This document shows, piece after piece, positions 55,343-64,000 of a DNA stretch of 64,000 bases. Under the pieces are notes generated by a model, which worked only from the letters and a program-made list of their open reading frames with translations, did not search any database and was not told the origin of the DNA. The stretch's first letter is position 1; each line of letters begins with the position of its first letter. Source of the stretch: Gammaproteobacteria bacterium (GTDB lineage Bacteria; Pseudomonadota; Gammaproteobacteria; 21-64-14). The DNA lies in contig JALUXX010000056.1 in the NCBI GenBank assembly GCA_027013145.1, positions 88,975 through 152,974 of the forward strand, read 5' to 3'. A program made the translations under genes and the position numbers.

Positions 55343-56347
55343 TCAGGGCTTGGCAAGTTGGTCGAGCTTGTCTATGAGATGCTGGGTGCTTGGATGGGCA
55401 TAGCGCCGAAAGACCCGCATGTCCTTATGCCCACTGACCGCCATCGCCTCGATCACGTTCCAGCCGGCTTCCACCAGGCTGGATACGCGTTCGTGGCGCA
55501 GATCATGCAGTCGAAAATCCTCGAGTCTCGCCCGCATCCGCAGCCGCTTCCAGGCCAATTTCACCGCATTGACGGTGAGCCCCTCGAAGACGTATGTCCC
55601 GCTGCCCGTGAGTCTGCGCAGCCCGCGCAGCGCGGCGGTCGCGCGTCGTGAGAGCGGCACTTGCCGGCCCTGGCCGTTCTTCGTCTGTGCGTCTCGCAGG
55701 CCGATGACACGCTGCTTCAAGTTGACCTGTCGCCACTCGATCCCGAGCAGCTCGCCGCGGCGCATGCCGCTCTCGCGCGCCAGGGTCACGAAGGTCCGGA
55801 ACAGCGGGTTCCGGCACCGGCGAAGCGCGGCGTCCAGGCGTCGGCGCTCGTCGGGATCCAGGCGACGGGTGCGGTTGGGCGAATTCTTGGGGCGATCGAC
55901 ATCCGCCATCGGGTCGTGGGGGAGGAGATGGCGTTTGCGTGCCCGACGCAGGGCGCGGGAGAGGATGGAAAGCTCGCGGTTGACCGTGGAGCCCGAGACC
56001 GTGGTCAGCCGCGACTCGATGTAGTCTTCGATGACGCCGGCGTTGATCTCGGCCAATGACAGCGTGGCGAGGGGGTGGCGCATCATCGCCAGTACGCGTT
56101 TGTTTTCGATGGCGGCCCCGCGGTGCAATGGGACGACCTTGCGCCGGTAGTCCTCCAGGACATCGCTGAGTGTCGTCTGTTGGGCGGCCAGGGTTTCGGG
56201 AAGGGCGCCGAAGTCGATATCCCGTTCTTTGGCGCGGACCCAGGTCTCGGCCTCGCGGCGGGTGTCGAAGGTGGCGGTGAGTGTCGCATACCCGCGCCGG
56301 CGGATTCGGGCTTGATAGGCGCGACCGCGCCGCGTGATGGATGCCAT
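55343..56347 (-). CDS. int: Tyrosine-type phage integrase / site-specific recombinase
   Basis: MASITRRGRAYQARIRRRGY... N-terminal arm-binding/SAM-like domain. C-terminal catalytic region with RHDLRHERVSS...VSGHKDMRVFRRYAH (R..HxxR..Y). GAGGAG RBS. Start trimmed to the ATG at 56347. Confidence 0.85.
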   Translation of the reverse strand: MASITRRGRAYQARIRRRGYATLTATFDTRREAETWVRAKERDIDFGALPETLAAQQTTLSDVLEDYRRKVVPLHRGAAIENKRVLAMMRHPLATLSLAEINAGVIEDYIESRLTTVSGSTVNRELSILSRALRRARKRHLLPHDPMADVDRPKNSPNRTRRLDPDERRRLDAALRRCRNPLFRTFVTLARESGMRRGELLGIEWRQVNLKQRVIGLRDAQTKNGQGRQVPLSRRATAALRGLRRLTGSGTYVFEGLTVNAVKLAWKRLRMRARLEDFRLHDLRHERVSSLVEAGWNVIEAMAVSGHKDMRVFRRYAHPSTQHLIDKLDQLAKP

Positions 56348-56495
56348 ATCGCTTCTCCTCGTCTGTGGGGACAAGGGGTGTAGCGAATGGCGAGGCGGAT
56401 TCGACCGGCGGTCGGGCGAATTTGACCGAATTGGAGCAAATTGGAGCAAATTGCCCCGACGTGCCCGGCCCGGATGCCGTAAGTCATTGAAAACA

Positions 56496-56570
56496 TGGTG
56501 GGCGATGCTGGGATCGAACCAGCGACCCCTGCCGTGTGAAGGCAGTGCTCTCCCGCTGAGCTAATCGCCC
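56496..56570 (-). tRNA. tRNA-Val (anticodon CAC), the island integration target
   Basis: Reverse complement GGGCGATTAGCTCAGCGGGAGAGCACTGCCTTCACACGGCAGGGGTCGCTGGTTCGATCCCAGCATCGCCCACCA. Anticodon loop TTCACAC. Acceptor stem GGGCGAT/ATCGCCC. Its 3' 46 nt are duplicated at 23825-23870. Confidence 0.85.
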
Positions 56571-56723
56571 GTAGGTGCCGGATGCGGGGGACGGCCGGGC
56601 GGCCCCCGCGGCAGATTCTAGGGGGCGGCCCGCCCGGGGTCAATTTCCGCGGCGGTGCCGGCTTTGCTACAATCGCGCGCCTGCCGGCCGTTGCCGGCCC
56701 GGCCGCGCCGATCGCCGATTTCC

Positions 56724-58172
56724 ATGCCTCCAGAGCCGACATCCCGCGCCGTCCCGCCGCGGACGCGTTTCGCCCCCAGCCCGACCGGATACCTGCACAT
56801 CGGGGGGGTGCGCACGGCGTTGTTTTCCTGGCTGCACGCCCGCCGGCACGGCGGCGTATTCGTGCTGCGCATCGAGGACACGGATCGCGAGCGCTCCACC
56901 GAGGCCTCGGTGAACGTGATCCTGGAGGGGATGCGCTGGCTCGGGCTCGACTGGGACGAAGGCCCCTTTTTCCAGACGCAGCGCTTCGATCGCTACGGTG
57001 AGGTGTTGCAGCGGCTGCTCGACGCGGGCCATGCCTATCGCTGCTATTGTTCGCGCGAGCGCCTCGAGGCGCTTCGCGCCGAGCAGATGGCGCGCAAGGA
57101 AAAACCCCGTTACGACGGGCGCTGCCGCACGCGTACCGGCCCGCCCCCGGAGGGGGTGGCCCCCGTCGTGCGCTTCCGCAATCCCGTCGACGGCACGGTC
57201 GTGGTCGAGGACCTGATCCGCGGGCGGGTCGCGTTTCAGAACCGGGAGCTGGACGATCTCATCCTCGCGCGTGCCGACGGCACCCCGACCTATAACTTCA
57301 CCGTCGTCGTCGATGATCTCGATATGGCGATCACGCACGTCATCCGCGGCGACGATCATCTCAACAATACGCCGCGGCAGATCAATATTATGCGCGCGCT
57401 GGGGGCCGAGCCGCCGGCGTATGCGCACGTGCCGATGATCCTCGGGCCCGACGGCAAGCGCCTGTCGAAGCGCCACGGCGCGGTGAGCGTGCTCCAGTAC
57501 CGCGACGAGGGCTACCTGCCCGAGGCGGTTCTCAACTACCTGGTCCGGCTCGGCTGGTCCCATGGTGACCAGGAGGTCTTCTCGCGCGAGGAGATGATCG
57601 AGCTGTTCGATGTCCGGGAAGTCAACAAGGCGCCTTCGGCGGTCAATCCGGACAAGCTGCTCTGGCTCAACCAGCACTACATCAAGACGCTGGATCCGGC
57701 GCTCGTCGCGCGCCACCTCGCCTGGCACCTGGAGCGGCTCGGACTCGATCCGACCGGCGGGCCGGCGCTGGAGGAGGTGGTCGCGGCGCAGCGGGAGCGG
57801 GCCAAGACCCTGGTGGAGATGGCGGCCAACAGCGCCTTCCTGTTCCGCGAGCCGGAGGGGTTCGACGAGAAGGCCGCGGCCAAACACCTGGGCGCGGCGC
57901 AGCGCCCGATCCTGGAGGTGCTGCGCGCGAAACTCGCGGATCTGGAGCCGTGGACGCGGGAGGCGGCGCACGCCGTCGTGACCGGCGTCGCCGAGGACGC
58001 GGGAGCCAAGCTCGGCAAGGTCGCACAGCCCCTGCGCGTGGCCCTGACCGGCGGCACGGTATCGCCCCCGATCGACGTTACGATATACTTGCTCGGGCGC
58101 GCGCGCACCCTTGCCCGGCTCGACCGTGCGCTGGCCCATGCGGCCGGTGCCGGCGCGGCGGAGCCCGGCTAA
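56724..58172 (+). CDS. gltX: Glutamate--tRNA ligase
   Basis: [32 protein letters not shown] (HIGH motif), ...KLSKR (KMSKS-like) and YRCYC zinc-binding motif. Start trimmed to the ATG at 56724. Divergent from a tRNA-Val gene, as in E. coli gltX-valU. Confidence 0.9.
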   Translation: MPPEPTSRAVPPRTRFAPSPTGYLHIGGVRTALFSWLHARRHGGVFVLRIEDTDRERSTEASVNVILEGMRWLGLDWDEGPFFQTQRFDRYGEVLQRLLDAGHAYRCYCSRERLEALRAEQMARKEKPRYDGRCRTRTGPPPEGVAPVVRFRNPVDGTVVVEDLIRGRVAFQNRELDDLILARADGTPTYNFTVVVDDLDMAITHVIRGDDHLNNTPRQINIMRALGAEPPAYAHVPMILGPDGKRLSKRHGAVSVLQYRDEGYLPEAVLNYLVRLGWSHGDQEVFSREEMIELFDVREVNKAPSAVNPDKLLWLNQHYIKTLDPALVARHLAWHLERLGLDPTGGPALEEVVAAQRERAKTLVEMAANSAFLFREPEGFDEKAAAKHLGAAQRPILEVLRAKLADLEPWTREAAHAVVTGVAEDAGAKLGKVAQPLRVALTGGTVSPPIDVTIYLLGRARTLARLDRALAHAAGAGAAEPG

Positions 58173-58226
58173 GTCCTTGACATGGAAAGAGTCCTGTCGT
58201 AGAGTTCGCGGCTCGTTTGCCGCAAC

Positions 58227-58302
<76 letters not shown>

Positions 58303-58346
58303 GGTTCCCCAGGGCCGGTCGCCCGGCCCTGGTAAGTCGCCGCAAC

Positions 58347-58422
58347 CCGTCCCCATCGTCTAGCTGGCCCAGGACACCGCCCTTTCACGGCGGCAACAGG
58401 GGTTCGAATCCCCTTGGGGACG
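58347..58422 (+). tRNA. tRNA-Glu (anticodon TTC)
   Basis: GTCCCCATCGTCTAGCTGGCCCAGGACACCGCCCTTTCACGGCGGCAACAGGGGTTCGAATCCCCTTGGGGACGCCA. Near-identical to E. coli tRNA-Glu. Confidence 0.9.
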
Positions 58423-58543
58423 CCATCCCTCCGGTCGTTATAGAGGTCGTACACCGCCCGGGTCGGGCGCGGCGCCGGGACCGCAGGGGTCCGCGCCGCG
58501 GCGGCGGATTCGACGGGGCGGAACCATCGACCGGCGGCCTCCG

Positions 58544-59806
58544 ATGACCAGTCGTCTGCGTGAGAACATCACGGCGCTGTTCGTGCTCAAGGGGGCGAAC
58601 GCGCTCCTGCCGCTCATTCTGGTGCCCTATCTGGTCCGGGTCCTGGGCCCGGAGAAGTTCGGGCTGATCGCCTTCGCACAGGCGTTCATTCAGTATTTCG
58701 TGCTCTTGACCGACTATGGGTTCAACTTGAGCGCGACGCGGGCCGCCGCGGTCTGTCGCGATGACCCTGGGCGGTTGGGGCTGCTGTTCGCCTCGGTGAT
58801 GCTGATCAAGCTGGCCTTCTTCGCGCTGGGCGGGCTGGTGCTGACCGCGGTCCTGGTGCTGGTGCCGCGCTTCGGGGCGCACTGGCCGCTGTACGCGCTG
58901 ATCTACCTCTCGGTGCTGGGCAGCGTGCTATTTCCGGTATGGCTGTATCAGGGTCTGGAGCGGATGCGTCCGATCACGGCGGTGACGGTGGTCGGGCGCC
59001 TGCTGGTGGTGGCTGGGGTGCTGCTGTGGGTTCACGGGCCCGGCGATTATCTGATAGCGGCGGGGCTGCAGTCGGGGGCGTCGGTAGTGGTCGGGATCCT
59101 CGCGCTCGGGCTGTTGCGTCGGGTGATGCGGGTACATTGGAGTTGGCCCGACCTTCGGCAATTGCGGGCCACGCTCGCCGACGGCTGGCACGTGTTCCTG
59201 TCGACGGCGGCGATCAGCCTGTATACGAGCAGCAACGTGTTCATACTGGGACTGCTCACCAATCCGGTAGCGGTAGGCTACTTCAGCGCCGCTGAGAAGG
59301 TGGTCAAGGCTTTTCAGGACGCGCTCGGTCCGGTCTCGCAGTCGGTCTACCCGCACATCGCGGGGCTGGGGGCGGGCTCGCGCGCGGCGGCGTTGGGATT
59401 CATCCGCAAGCTGTTGCGCGTGCAGGGGCTGGTGACGTTCGCCACCTCGGCGCTGCTGTTTGCGGCGGCGGGACCGATCGTTCGGGTGGTGTTCGGAGGC
59501 CAATATGAGCCGAGCGTGGTGCTGATCCGCTGGATGGCCTGGCTGCCGTTCATCATCGGGCTGTCGAACGTCTTCGGGATCCAGACGATGCTCAATTTCG
59601 ACATGAAGCGCAGCTTCACCCGCATCCTCATCGCCTGGGGGCTGTGGAACCTGGCCCTGATCGTTCCGCTCACTTTGTGGCGGGGGGGCGAGGGCACGGC
59701 GATGAGCATCCTGATCACCGAGATCGGGGTCACGGTGACGATGGCGGCGGCCTTGGCCCGAAAGGGGATCTTTCGCGAGATGGCCGTGGCGGGGCAGAGC
59801 CGGTGA
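58544..59806 (+). CDS. wzx: Polysaccharide/O-antigen flippase (Wzx, MOP/PST family)
   Basis: 420-aa protein with ~12 TM segments. N-terminus MTSRLRENITALFVLKGANALLPLILVPYLVRVLGPEKFGLIAFAQAF is typical of Wzx/RfbX. Confidence 0.75.
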   Translation: MTSRLRENITALFVLKGANALLPLILVPYLVRVLGPEKFGLIAFAQAFIQYFVLLTDYGFNLSATRAAAVCRDDPGRLGLLFASVMLIKLAFFALGGLVLTAVLVLVPRFGAHWPLYALIYLSVLGSVLFPVWLYQGLERMRPITAVTVVGRLLVVAGVLLWVHGPGDYLIAAGLQSGASVVVGILALGLLRRVMRVHWSWPDLRQLRATLADGWHVFLSTAAISLYTSSNVFILGLLTNPVAVGYFSAAEKVVKAFQDALGPVSQSVYPHIAGLGAGSRAAALGFIRKLLRVQGLVTFATSALLFAAAGPIVRVVFGGQYEPSVVLIRWMAWLPFIIGLSNVFGIQTMLNFDMKRSFTRILIAWGLWNLALIVPLTLWRGGEGTAMSILITEIGVTVTMAAALARKGIFREMAVAGQSR

Positions 59807-60918
59807 GCGCCACGCGGCCGATCCTGGTCGTGGGGGCGGGGTATGCGGGCTCGGTGTGCGCGCGCGCCCTCGCCGAGGCGGGCCTGCGGGTGCGGGTGAT
59901 CGACCGGCGGCCCCATATTGCAGGCAACGCCTACGACGAGTACGACGGCAACGGAATTCTGGTGCACCGCTACGGCCCGCACATCTTCCATACCAACTCC
60001 CAGCGCGTGTTCGATTGGCTGTCGCGTTTCACCGAGTGGCGTGACTACGAGCACCGCGTACTGGCGAGCGTGGACGGGATGCTGTTGCCCATCCCGATCA
60101 ACCGCACGACGATCAACCGGCTCTACGAGTTGGATCTCGACGAGGCCGGGGTCGAGCAGTATCTCGAACGGGTGCGCGAGGTGCGCACGCCGGTACGCAC
60201 CAGCGAGGACGTGGTCCTCGGCAGCGTCGGGCGCGATCTGTGCGAGAAGTTTTTCCGTGGGTACACGCGCAAGCAGTGGGGGCTGGACCTCTCGGAGTTG
60301 AGCGCGGGGGTGGCCGCGCGCATCCCTACGCGCACCAACGACGATGACCGTTACTTCGCGGACACCTATCAGGCCATGCCCCTCAATGGCTATACGCGCA
60401 TGTTCGAGAACATCCTCCATCATCCCCGCATCGAGGTGCTGACGGATACTCCCTTCGAGCCCGCGTCCGCGACCGGGGCGTTGCACGTGGTCTATACCGG
60501 GCCGATCGATGCCTATTTCGGCTACCGCTACGGACCGCTGCCGTATCGATCCCTGCGCTTCGAGCACGAATACCTGCCCGGCGTGGAGCGCCACCAGCCG
60601 GTGGGGACGGTCAACTACCCGAACGAGCATGCCTACACGCGGATCACCGAATTCAAGCACCTCACCGGTCAGTCCGCTCCCGGTACCGCGATCGTGCGCG
60701 AGTATCCGCAGGCGCATGGCGATCCCTACTATCCCGTGCCACGCGCGGAGAACGAGCGACTCTACCAGCGGTACAAAGCGCTGGCGGAGCGGGAGCCGGG
60801 CGTGACCTTCGTCGGGCGCCTCGCCCAATACCGCTACTACAACATGGATCAGGTCGTCGCCGCAGCGCTCAAGGCGGCGGAGAAGGTCCGGGAACGGCTG
60901 CGGGGTGGAGGGACATGA
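59803..60918 (+). CDS. glf: UDP-galactopyranose mutase
   Basis: ILVVGAGYAGSVCARALAEAG (FAD-binding GxGxxG), ...HRYGPHIFHTNSQRVFDWLSRFTEWRDYEHRV... and ...YFGYRYGPLPYRSLRFEHE... are highly conserved Glf motifs. The GTG start overlaps the wzx stop (GTGA). Confidence 0.85.
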   Translation: MSATRPILVVGAGYAGSVCARALAEAGLRVRVIDRRPHIAGNAYDEYDGNGILVHRYGPHIFHTNSQRVFDWLSRFTEWRDYEHRVLASVDGMLLPIPINRTTINRLYELDLDEAGVEQYLERVREVRTPVRTSEDVVLGSVGRDLCEKFFRGYTRKQWGLDLSELSAGVAARIPTRTNDDDRYFADTYQAMPLNGYTRMFENILHHPRIEVLTDTPFEPASATGALHVVYTGPIDAYFGYRYGPLPYRSLRFEHEYLPGVERHQPVGTVNYPNEHAYTRITEFKHLTGQSAPGTAIVREYPQAHGDPYYPVPRAENERLYQRYKALAEREPGVTFVGRLAQYRYYNMDQVVAAALKAAEKVRERLRGGGT

Positions 60919-61895
60919 ATGATGGGCCGGCGGTCGGCGACGGGCGGGTCTGGATCTATTGTCCGGCCAACCGGGTGACGGGCGGCCCGGAGGCGCTTCA
61001 CCAGCTGGCCCGGGCATTGACCGACCTCGGGGTGGACGCGCGGCTCGTGTACTATCCGGAGAGCGGCGCCCCCCACAGCGTGCCGGGCGAGTACCGCGAA
61101 TACGCCCCGCGGATCGCGACGCACGGCGCGGATGAGCCGGGGGATGTGGTCGTGGTCCCGGAGGTGGCCACGCGTCGGCTGCGTGGGATCCAACGCGCGC
61201 GTCGCATTGTCTGGTGGCTCAGCATCGACAACTATCTGGTCAAGCGCTCGCTGCTTGGGTTGCTGCGCGGGCTGGCATACCGGGACACGCCGCTTCGAAT
61301 TTCCCAACTGACCACGTGCAGCCACTGCGCACAGTCGGCCTATGCCGCGGATTTCCTGCGGCGCAAGGGAATCGCGGCCGCCCTCCTGACCGATTATCTG
61401 CGGCCTGTACACCATTCGGACGACGGTCCGGATGCGGGCGGCGATCGCGGCCGCGTCGTGCTCTTCAATCCGAAGAAGGCGGGCGGATTCACGCGCCGGG
61501 TGATGCGTCTTACCGCTTCGCAGTGCGACTGGGTCGGCCTCGAGGCGATGAGCCCGGAGCAGGTCGCCGCGGCGATGCGCCGGGCCCGGTTGTACGTGGA
61601 CTTCGGGCCGCACCCGGGGCGCGACCGGATGCCCCGCGAGGCCGCCGTTAACGGGTGCTGCGTGTTGACGGGCCGGCGTGGCGCGGCGGCGTACGAGGCG
61701 GACCTGCCCATCCCGGAGTGGTACAAGGTCGACGAGCGGGTACGCGACGCGGATGTGCTTGCCGCGGGGAAGATCGCGGCGATCCTCTCCGATTACGCCC
61801 ATCACCACGCTCGGCTGGCCGCCTATCGCGCGTGGATCGCGCGCCAGCGGGACGAGTTCACCCGTCAGGTCCGCGCCGTCTTCCTGAAATCCTGA
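60915..61895 (+). CDS. Hypothetical protein, a putative glycosyltransferase (possibly galactofuranosyltransferase) coupled to glf
   Basis: 326 aa. The start overlaps the glf stop (ATGA). Weak GT-B-like C-terminal features (..PREAAVNGCCVLTGRRG..). No firm family assignment. Confidence 0.4.
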   Translation: MNDGPAVGDGRVWIYCPANRVTGGPEALHQLARALTDLGVDARLVYYPESGAPHSVPGEYREYAPRIATHGADEPGDVVVVPEVATRRLRGIQRARRIVWWLSIDNYLVKRSLLGLLRGLAYRDTPLRISQLTTCSHCAQSAYAADFLRRKGIAAALLTDYLRPVHHSDDGPDAGGDRGRVVLFNPKKAGGFTRRVMRLTASQCDWVGLEAMSPEQVAAAMRRARLYVDFGPHPGRDRMPREAAVNGCCVLTGRRGAAAYEADLPIPEWYKVDERVRDADVLAAGKIAAILSDYAHHHARLAAYRAWIARQRDEFTRQVRAVFLKS

Positions 61896-61924
61896 AAACA
61901 ACCACCTACCCCTCCGTACCCCTC

Positions 61925-62113
61925 CGGGTCGGTGACAAATGCGTCTCATTCTTGTTTGATGGGGCGCCCGGTCGGCGGTATAAGGAGCGAGAGGCAACAA
62001 GCCGTGTGATGCGGGACCGCGTCCCGGAAGCGCGTCTGATCCGTGGCGGACGATGGGCGATACGGTCGATTGATCGGCCGTATCGCGAATGGGACGCATT
62101 TGTCACCGACCCG
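61925..62113. repeat. MITE-like element or long structured RNA. 189 bp bounded by ~27-bp imperfect terminal inverted repeats, with a nested internal palindrome.
   Basis: Left end cgggtcggtgacaaatgcgtctcattc. Right end gaatgggacgcatttgtcaccgacccg, containing a perfect 19-bp inverted repeat. Inner palindrome gatacggtcgattgatcggccgtatc. The element ends 16 bp before the GTG start of the cytochrome c' gene. Confidence 0.4.
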
Positions 62114-62128
62114 AGGGGGTAAGTTGTT

Positions 62129-62578
62129 GTGGTGAAAGGGTGTAGAGGGTTGGCTTTGGGTCTGGTTTGCGCCATGGTGGCCCCGGTCGCCGCGGCGCGG
62201 GCAGAGGGACCGGTGGTCGTGGATTTCCCGCCGGCATTCCGCGCGCAGCAACTCGCCGAGATGCGATCCCACCTCGCGGCGCTGCAGGGGATCACCGCGG
62301 CGCTCGCGCGGAAGGACTACGGCGCTGCGTCCCGCATTGCGCGCCGCCGCTTGACGGCGGCGGCCATGTCGCCGCAGGAGCGCCGCGAATCCCGGCGCTA
62401 TATGCCGAAGCGAATGCTGGTCATGGGGATGGCGATGCACCGCGACGCCGAACGCTTCGCGTTGGCCGCGCAGGACGCCACGGTCACCGGAGACCGCTCG
62501 TCGGCGCTGCGCGCCTTGAGCCGCGTCGAGGCCCGGTGCGTCGCCTGTCACGCGGTCTTCCGTTACCGCGGCCGCTGA
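62129..62578 (+). CDS. Cytochrome c' (class II c-type cytochrome)
   Basis: Signal peptide LALGLVCAMVAPVAAARA. ~130-aa mature helical protein with a single CxxCH heme-binding motif (CVACH) near the C-terminus, the class II/cytochrome c' signature. Confidence 0.7.
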   Translation: MVKGCRGLALGLVCAMVAPVAAARAEGPVVVDFPPAFRAQQLAEMRSHLAALQGITAALARKDYGAASRIARRRLTAAAMSPQERRESRRYMPKRMLVMGMAMHRDAERFALAAQDATVTGDRSSALRALSRVEARCVACHAVFRYRGR

Positions 62579-62791
62579 CCGCCGCCCGGGGCTCTGCGGG
62601 GGCAAGGTGCGGCGCCGCGCTGCACCGGATTCGGTCGGGCGGGCGATCGGCGGCGGGAGGTCCCGAGCCGCGTTGCCGCGTGAATGGAAGCCCGGCGACC
62701 GCGCACGGGCGGGGCGACACTCGCGGACGGGGCTTCGCGCGGCGGGTTGCGTTCGGGGAGGCGGCCGGCGCGTAGAGGGTGCGGGGGTCGC

Positions 62792-63403
62792 CTATTCGGG
62801 CTCCCGGTTGCAGTTCCAGCGCTCGATCGCCGGTGTTCCATGTTCCTGCCCGAGGATGCCGAGTGATCCGGCGGACAGAATGAGCGACCGGCCCTCCCGG
62901 GCCGCGAGCCCGAGGTAGCGGGCGGTGAGGATCCGCAGCAGATGCCCGTGCGCGAAGACCAGGATCTCGCCCTGGCCTTGAGTGATGGTATGCAGCGCGC
63001 GGTCGGCGCGCGCGCCCACCTCGGCGAGGGTTTCGCCGCCGGGCACCGGTCCCTCCCAGATGTTCCAGCCCGGCCGCTCCGTGCGGATCTCCGCGGTCGT
63101 ACGGCCTTCGCACTCCCCGTAGTCCCACTCCATGAGGTCGTCCAGGACACGGACGTCGGCGGACTCGAAGCCCGCCAGCCGGCAGGTGTCGCGGGCACGG
63201 CGCAGGGGACTGCAGAAGACGCATTCGAAATGGCGGCCGGCGAGGAGATCGCGCAGCGCCCGCGCCTGCCGCTCTCCGGTTGCGGTCAGCGCAACGTCGG
63301 TTCGACCGGTATGGCGTCCGGCGCGACTCCACTCGGTCTCGCCGTGGCGCACCAGCCACAACCTCGGGGCGCGGACAGACTGCGGCGCGGCTGCGGTGGT
63401 CAT
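62792..63403 (-). CDS. Histidine phosphatase family protein (phosphoglycerate mutase-like, SixA/GpmB-type)
   Basis: LWLVRHGETEWSRAGRHTGRTDVALTATGERQARAL is the RHG catalytic motif. A second conserved His lies in the ..ILVFAHGHLLRIL.. region. Confidence 0.75.
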   Translation of the reverse strand: MTTAAAPQSVRAPRLWLVRHGETEWSRAGRHTGRTDVALTATGERQARALRDLLAGRHFECVFCSPLRRARDTCRLAGFESADVRVLDDLMEWDYGECEGRTTAEIRTERPGWNIWEGPVPGGETLAEVGARADRALHTITQGQGEILVFAHGHLLRILTARYLGLAAREGRSLILSAGSLGILGQEHGTPAIERWNCNREPE

Positions 63404-63428
63404 CGGGCGGTCTCCAAGGACGGAATCG

Positions 63429-64000
63429 CTACTTCGGAGATCGACCGCCGGGCGGGCCGGACGGATCGCCGTCGTCAGGCGGCGGGGGCGACGGCGCGAG
63501 GTCGGGATAGGCGTGAACGCAGTTGCGCCCGTGCGCCTTGCCGAAGTAGAGGGCGTCGTCGGCTTCGCGGATGAGCCGGTCGAGGACGGCGGCCGGGTCT
63601 TCGGGATAGCCGGAGTCCCGGCAGGCCACGCCCACGGTGATGGTCGTGCGCCGCTCCTGCTCCTGATGGCGCAGCGTGTGGGCGGCTACTTTTTCGCACA
63701 GCCGTTGGCCGAAGCGCTTGGCGCCCTCGCAGTCGGTATGCGATAGCAGCAGGACGAACTCCTCGCCTCCGAAACGGGCGAGCAGGTCGCCGCGGCGCAT
63801 CCCGGCCTCGAGCAGGCGCGCGATCTCGCGCAACACCGCGTCGCCCGGCCCGTGACCCCAGGTGTCGTTGATCTCCTTGAAGTGGTCGAGGTCGAGCATG
63901 ATGAGGCTCAGGGGGTCGCCGTAGCGCAGGGCGCGCTGCACCAGCACCTCGCCCTCGGAGAAGAAGAACCGCCGGTTGCGCAGGCCGGTGAGTTCGTCCA
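63429..64000 (-). CDS. GGDEF-domain diguanylate cyclase, C-terminal part. The gene continues beyond the window end.
   Basis: ...LDLDHFKEINDTWGHGPGDAVLREIARLL...ARFGGEEFVLLL... is the GG(D/E)EF active site. The reading frame is open through position 64000 on the minus strand (...ELTGLRNRRFFFSEGEVLVQRAL). Confidence 0.75.
   Translation of the reverse strand, partial: DELTGLRNRRFFFSEGEVLVQRALRYGDPLSLIMLDLDHFKEINDTWGHGPGDAVLREIARLLEAGMRRGDLLARFGGEEFVLLLSHTDCEGAKRFGQRLCEKVAAHTLRHQEQERRTTITVGVACRDSGYPEDPAAVLDRLIREADDALYFGKAHGRNCVHAYPDLAPSPPPPDDGDPSGPPGGRSPK

Overview
This window is a high-GC (roughly 65-70%) gammaproteobacterial-type chromosome segment. The left third (1-23.8 kb) is ordinary core backbone: the 3' end of hupB, tRNA-Val(TAC), tRNA-Asp, ppiD, a DAACS symporter, fabI, a yejABEF-like peptide ABC importer, a class V aminotransferase, mltD, a methyltransferase-rnhA-dnaQ block, an ArsB/NhaD-type permease with a CBS partner, and polysaccharide genes (tviC/tviB-like epimerase and dehydrogenase, an EpsB-type priming sugar transferase). 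The backbone is punctuated by two loci of a REP-like intergenic repeat family. From 23825 to 56540 lies a ~32.7-kb integrative genomic island, inserted at a tRNA-Val(CAC) gene that sits divergent from gltX. A 46-bp direct repeat of the tRNA 3' half bounds it, and it has a tyrosine integrase at one end and an AlpA-like regulator at the other. The island carries a complete type I-G (formerly I-U) CRISPR-Cas system next to a WYL-domain regulator: cas3 with a C-terminal HD domain, csx17/cas8u2, csb1/cas7, csb2/cas5-6, a cas4-cas1 fusion and cas2. The cas operon is interrupted by a minimal nucleotidyltransferase-like gene and a vapBC (Phd/YefM-PIN) toxin-antitoxin pair. Its ~55-repeat array is split by an ISL3-family IS with an 8-bp target duplication. 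Downstream of the array there is a ~1.4-kb ORF-free, hairpin-dense segment and an orphan ORF. Then comes a MalT-like STAND ATPase with an unusual C-terminal SARP (OmpR-wHTH + BTAD) DNA-binding module, followed by 11-bp-phased direct repeats and a low-GC cargo module encoding two lipoproteins, one of them a 977-aa Fn3/YVTN beta-propeller surface protein. To the right of the island are gltX, tRNA-Ala(GGC), tRNA-Glu, a Wzx flippase, UDP-galactopyranose mutase, a putative glycosyltransferase, a MITE-like inverted-repeat element immediately upstream of a cytochrome c' gene, a histidine phosphatase and a partial GGDEF gene. Many long antisense ORFs in the six-frame track are GC-rich frame artefacts and are not reported.
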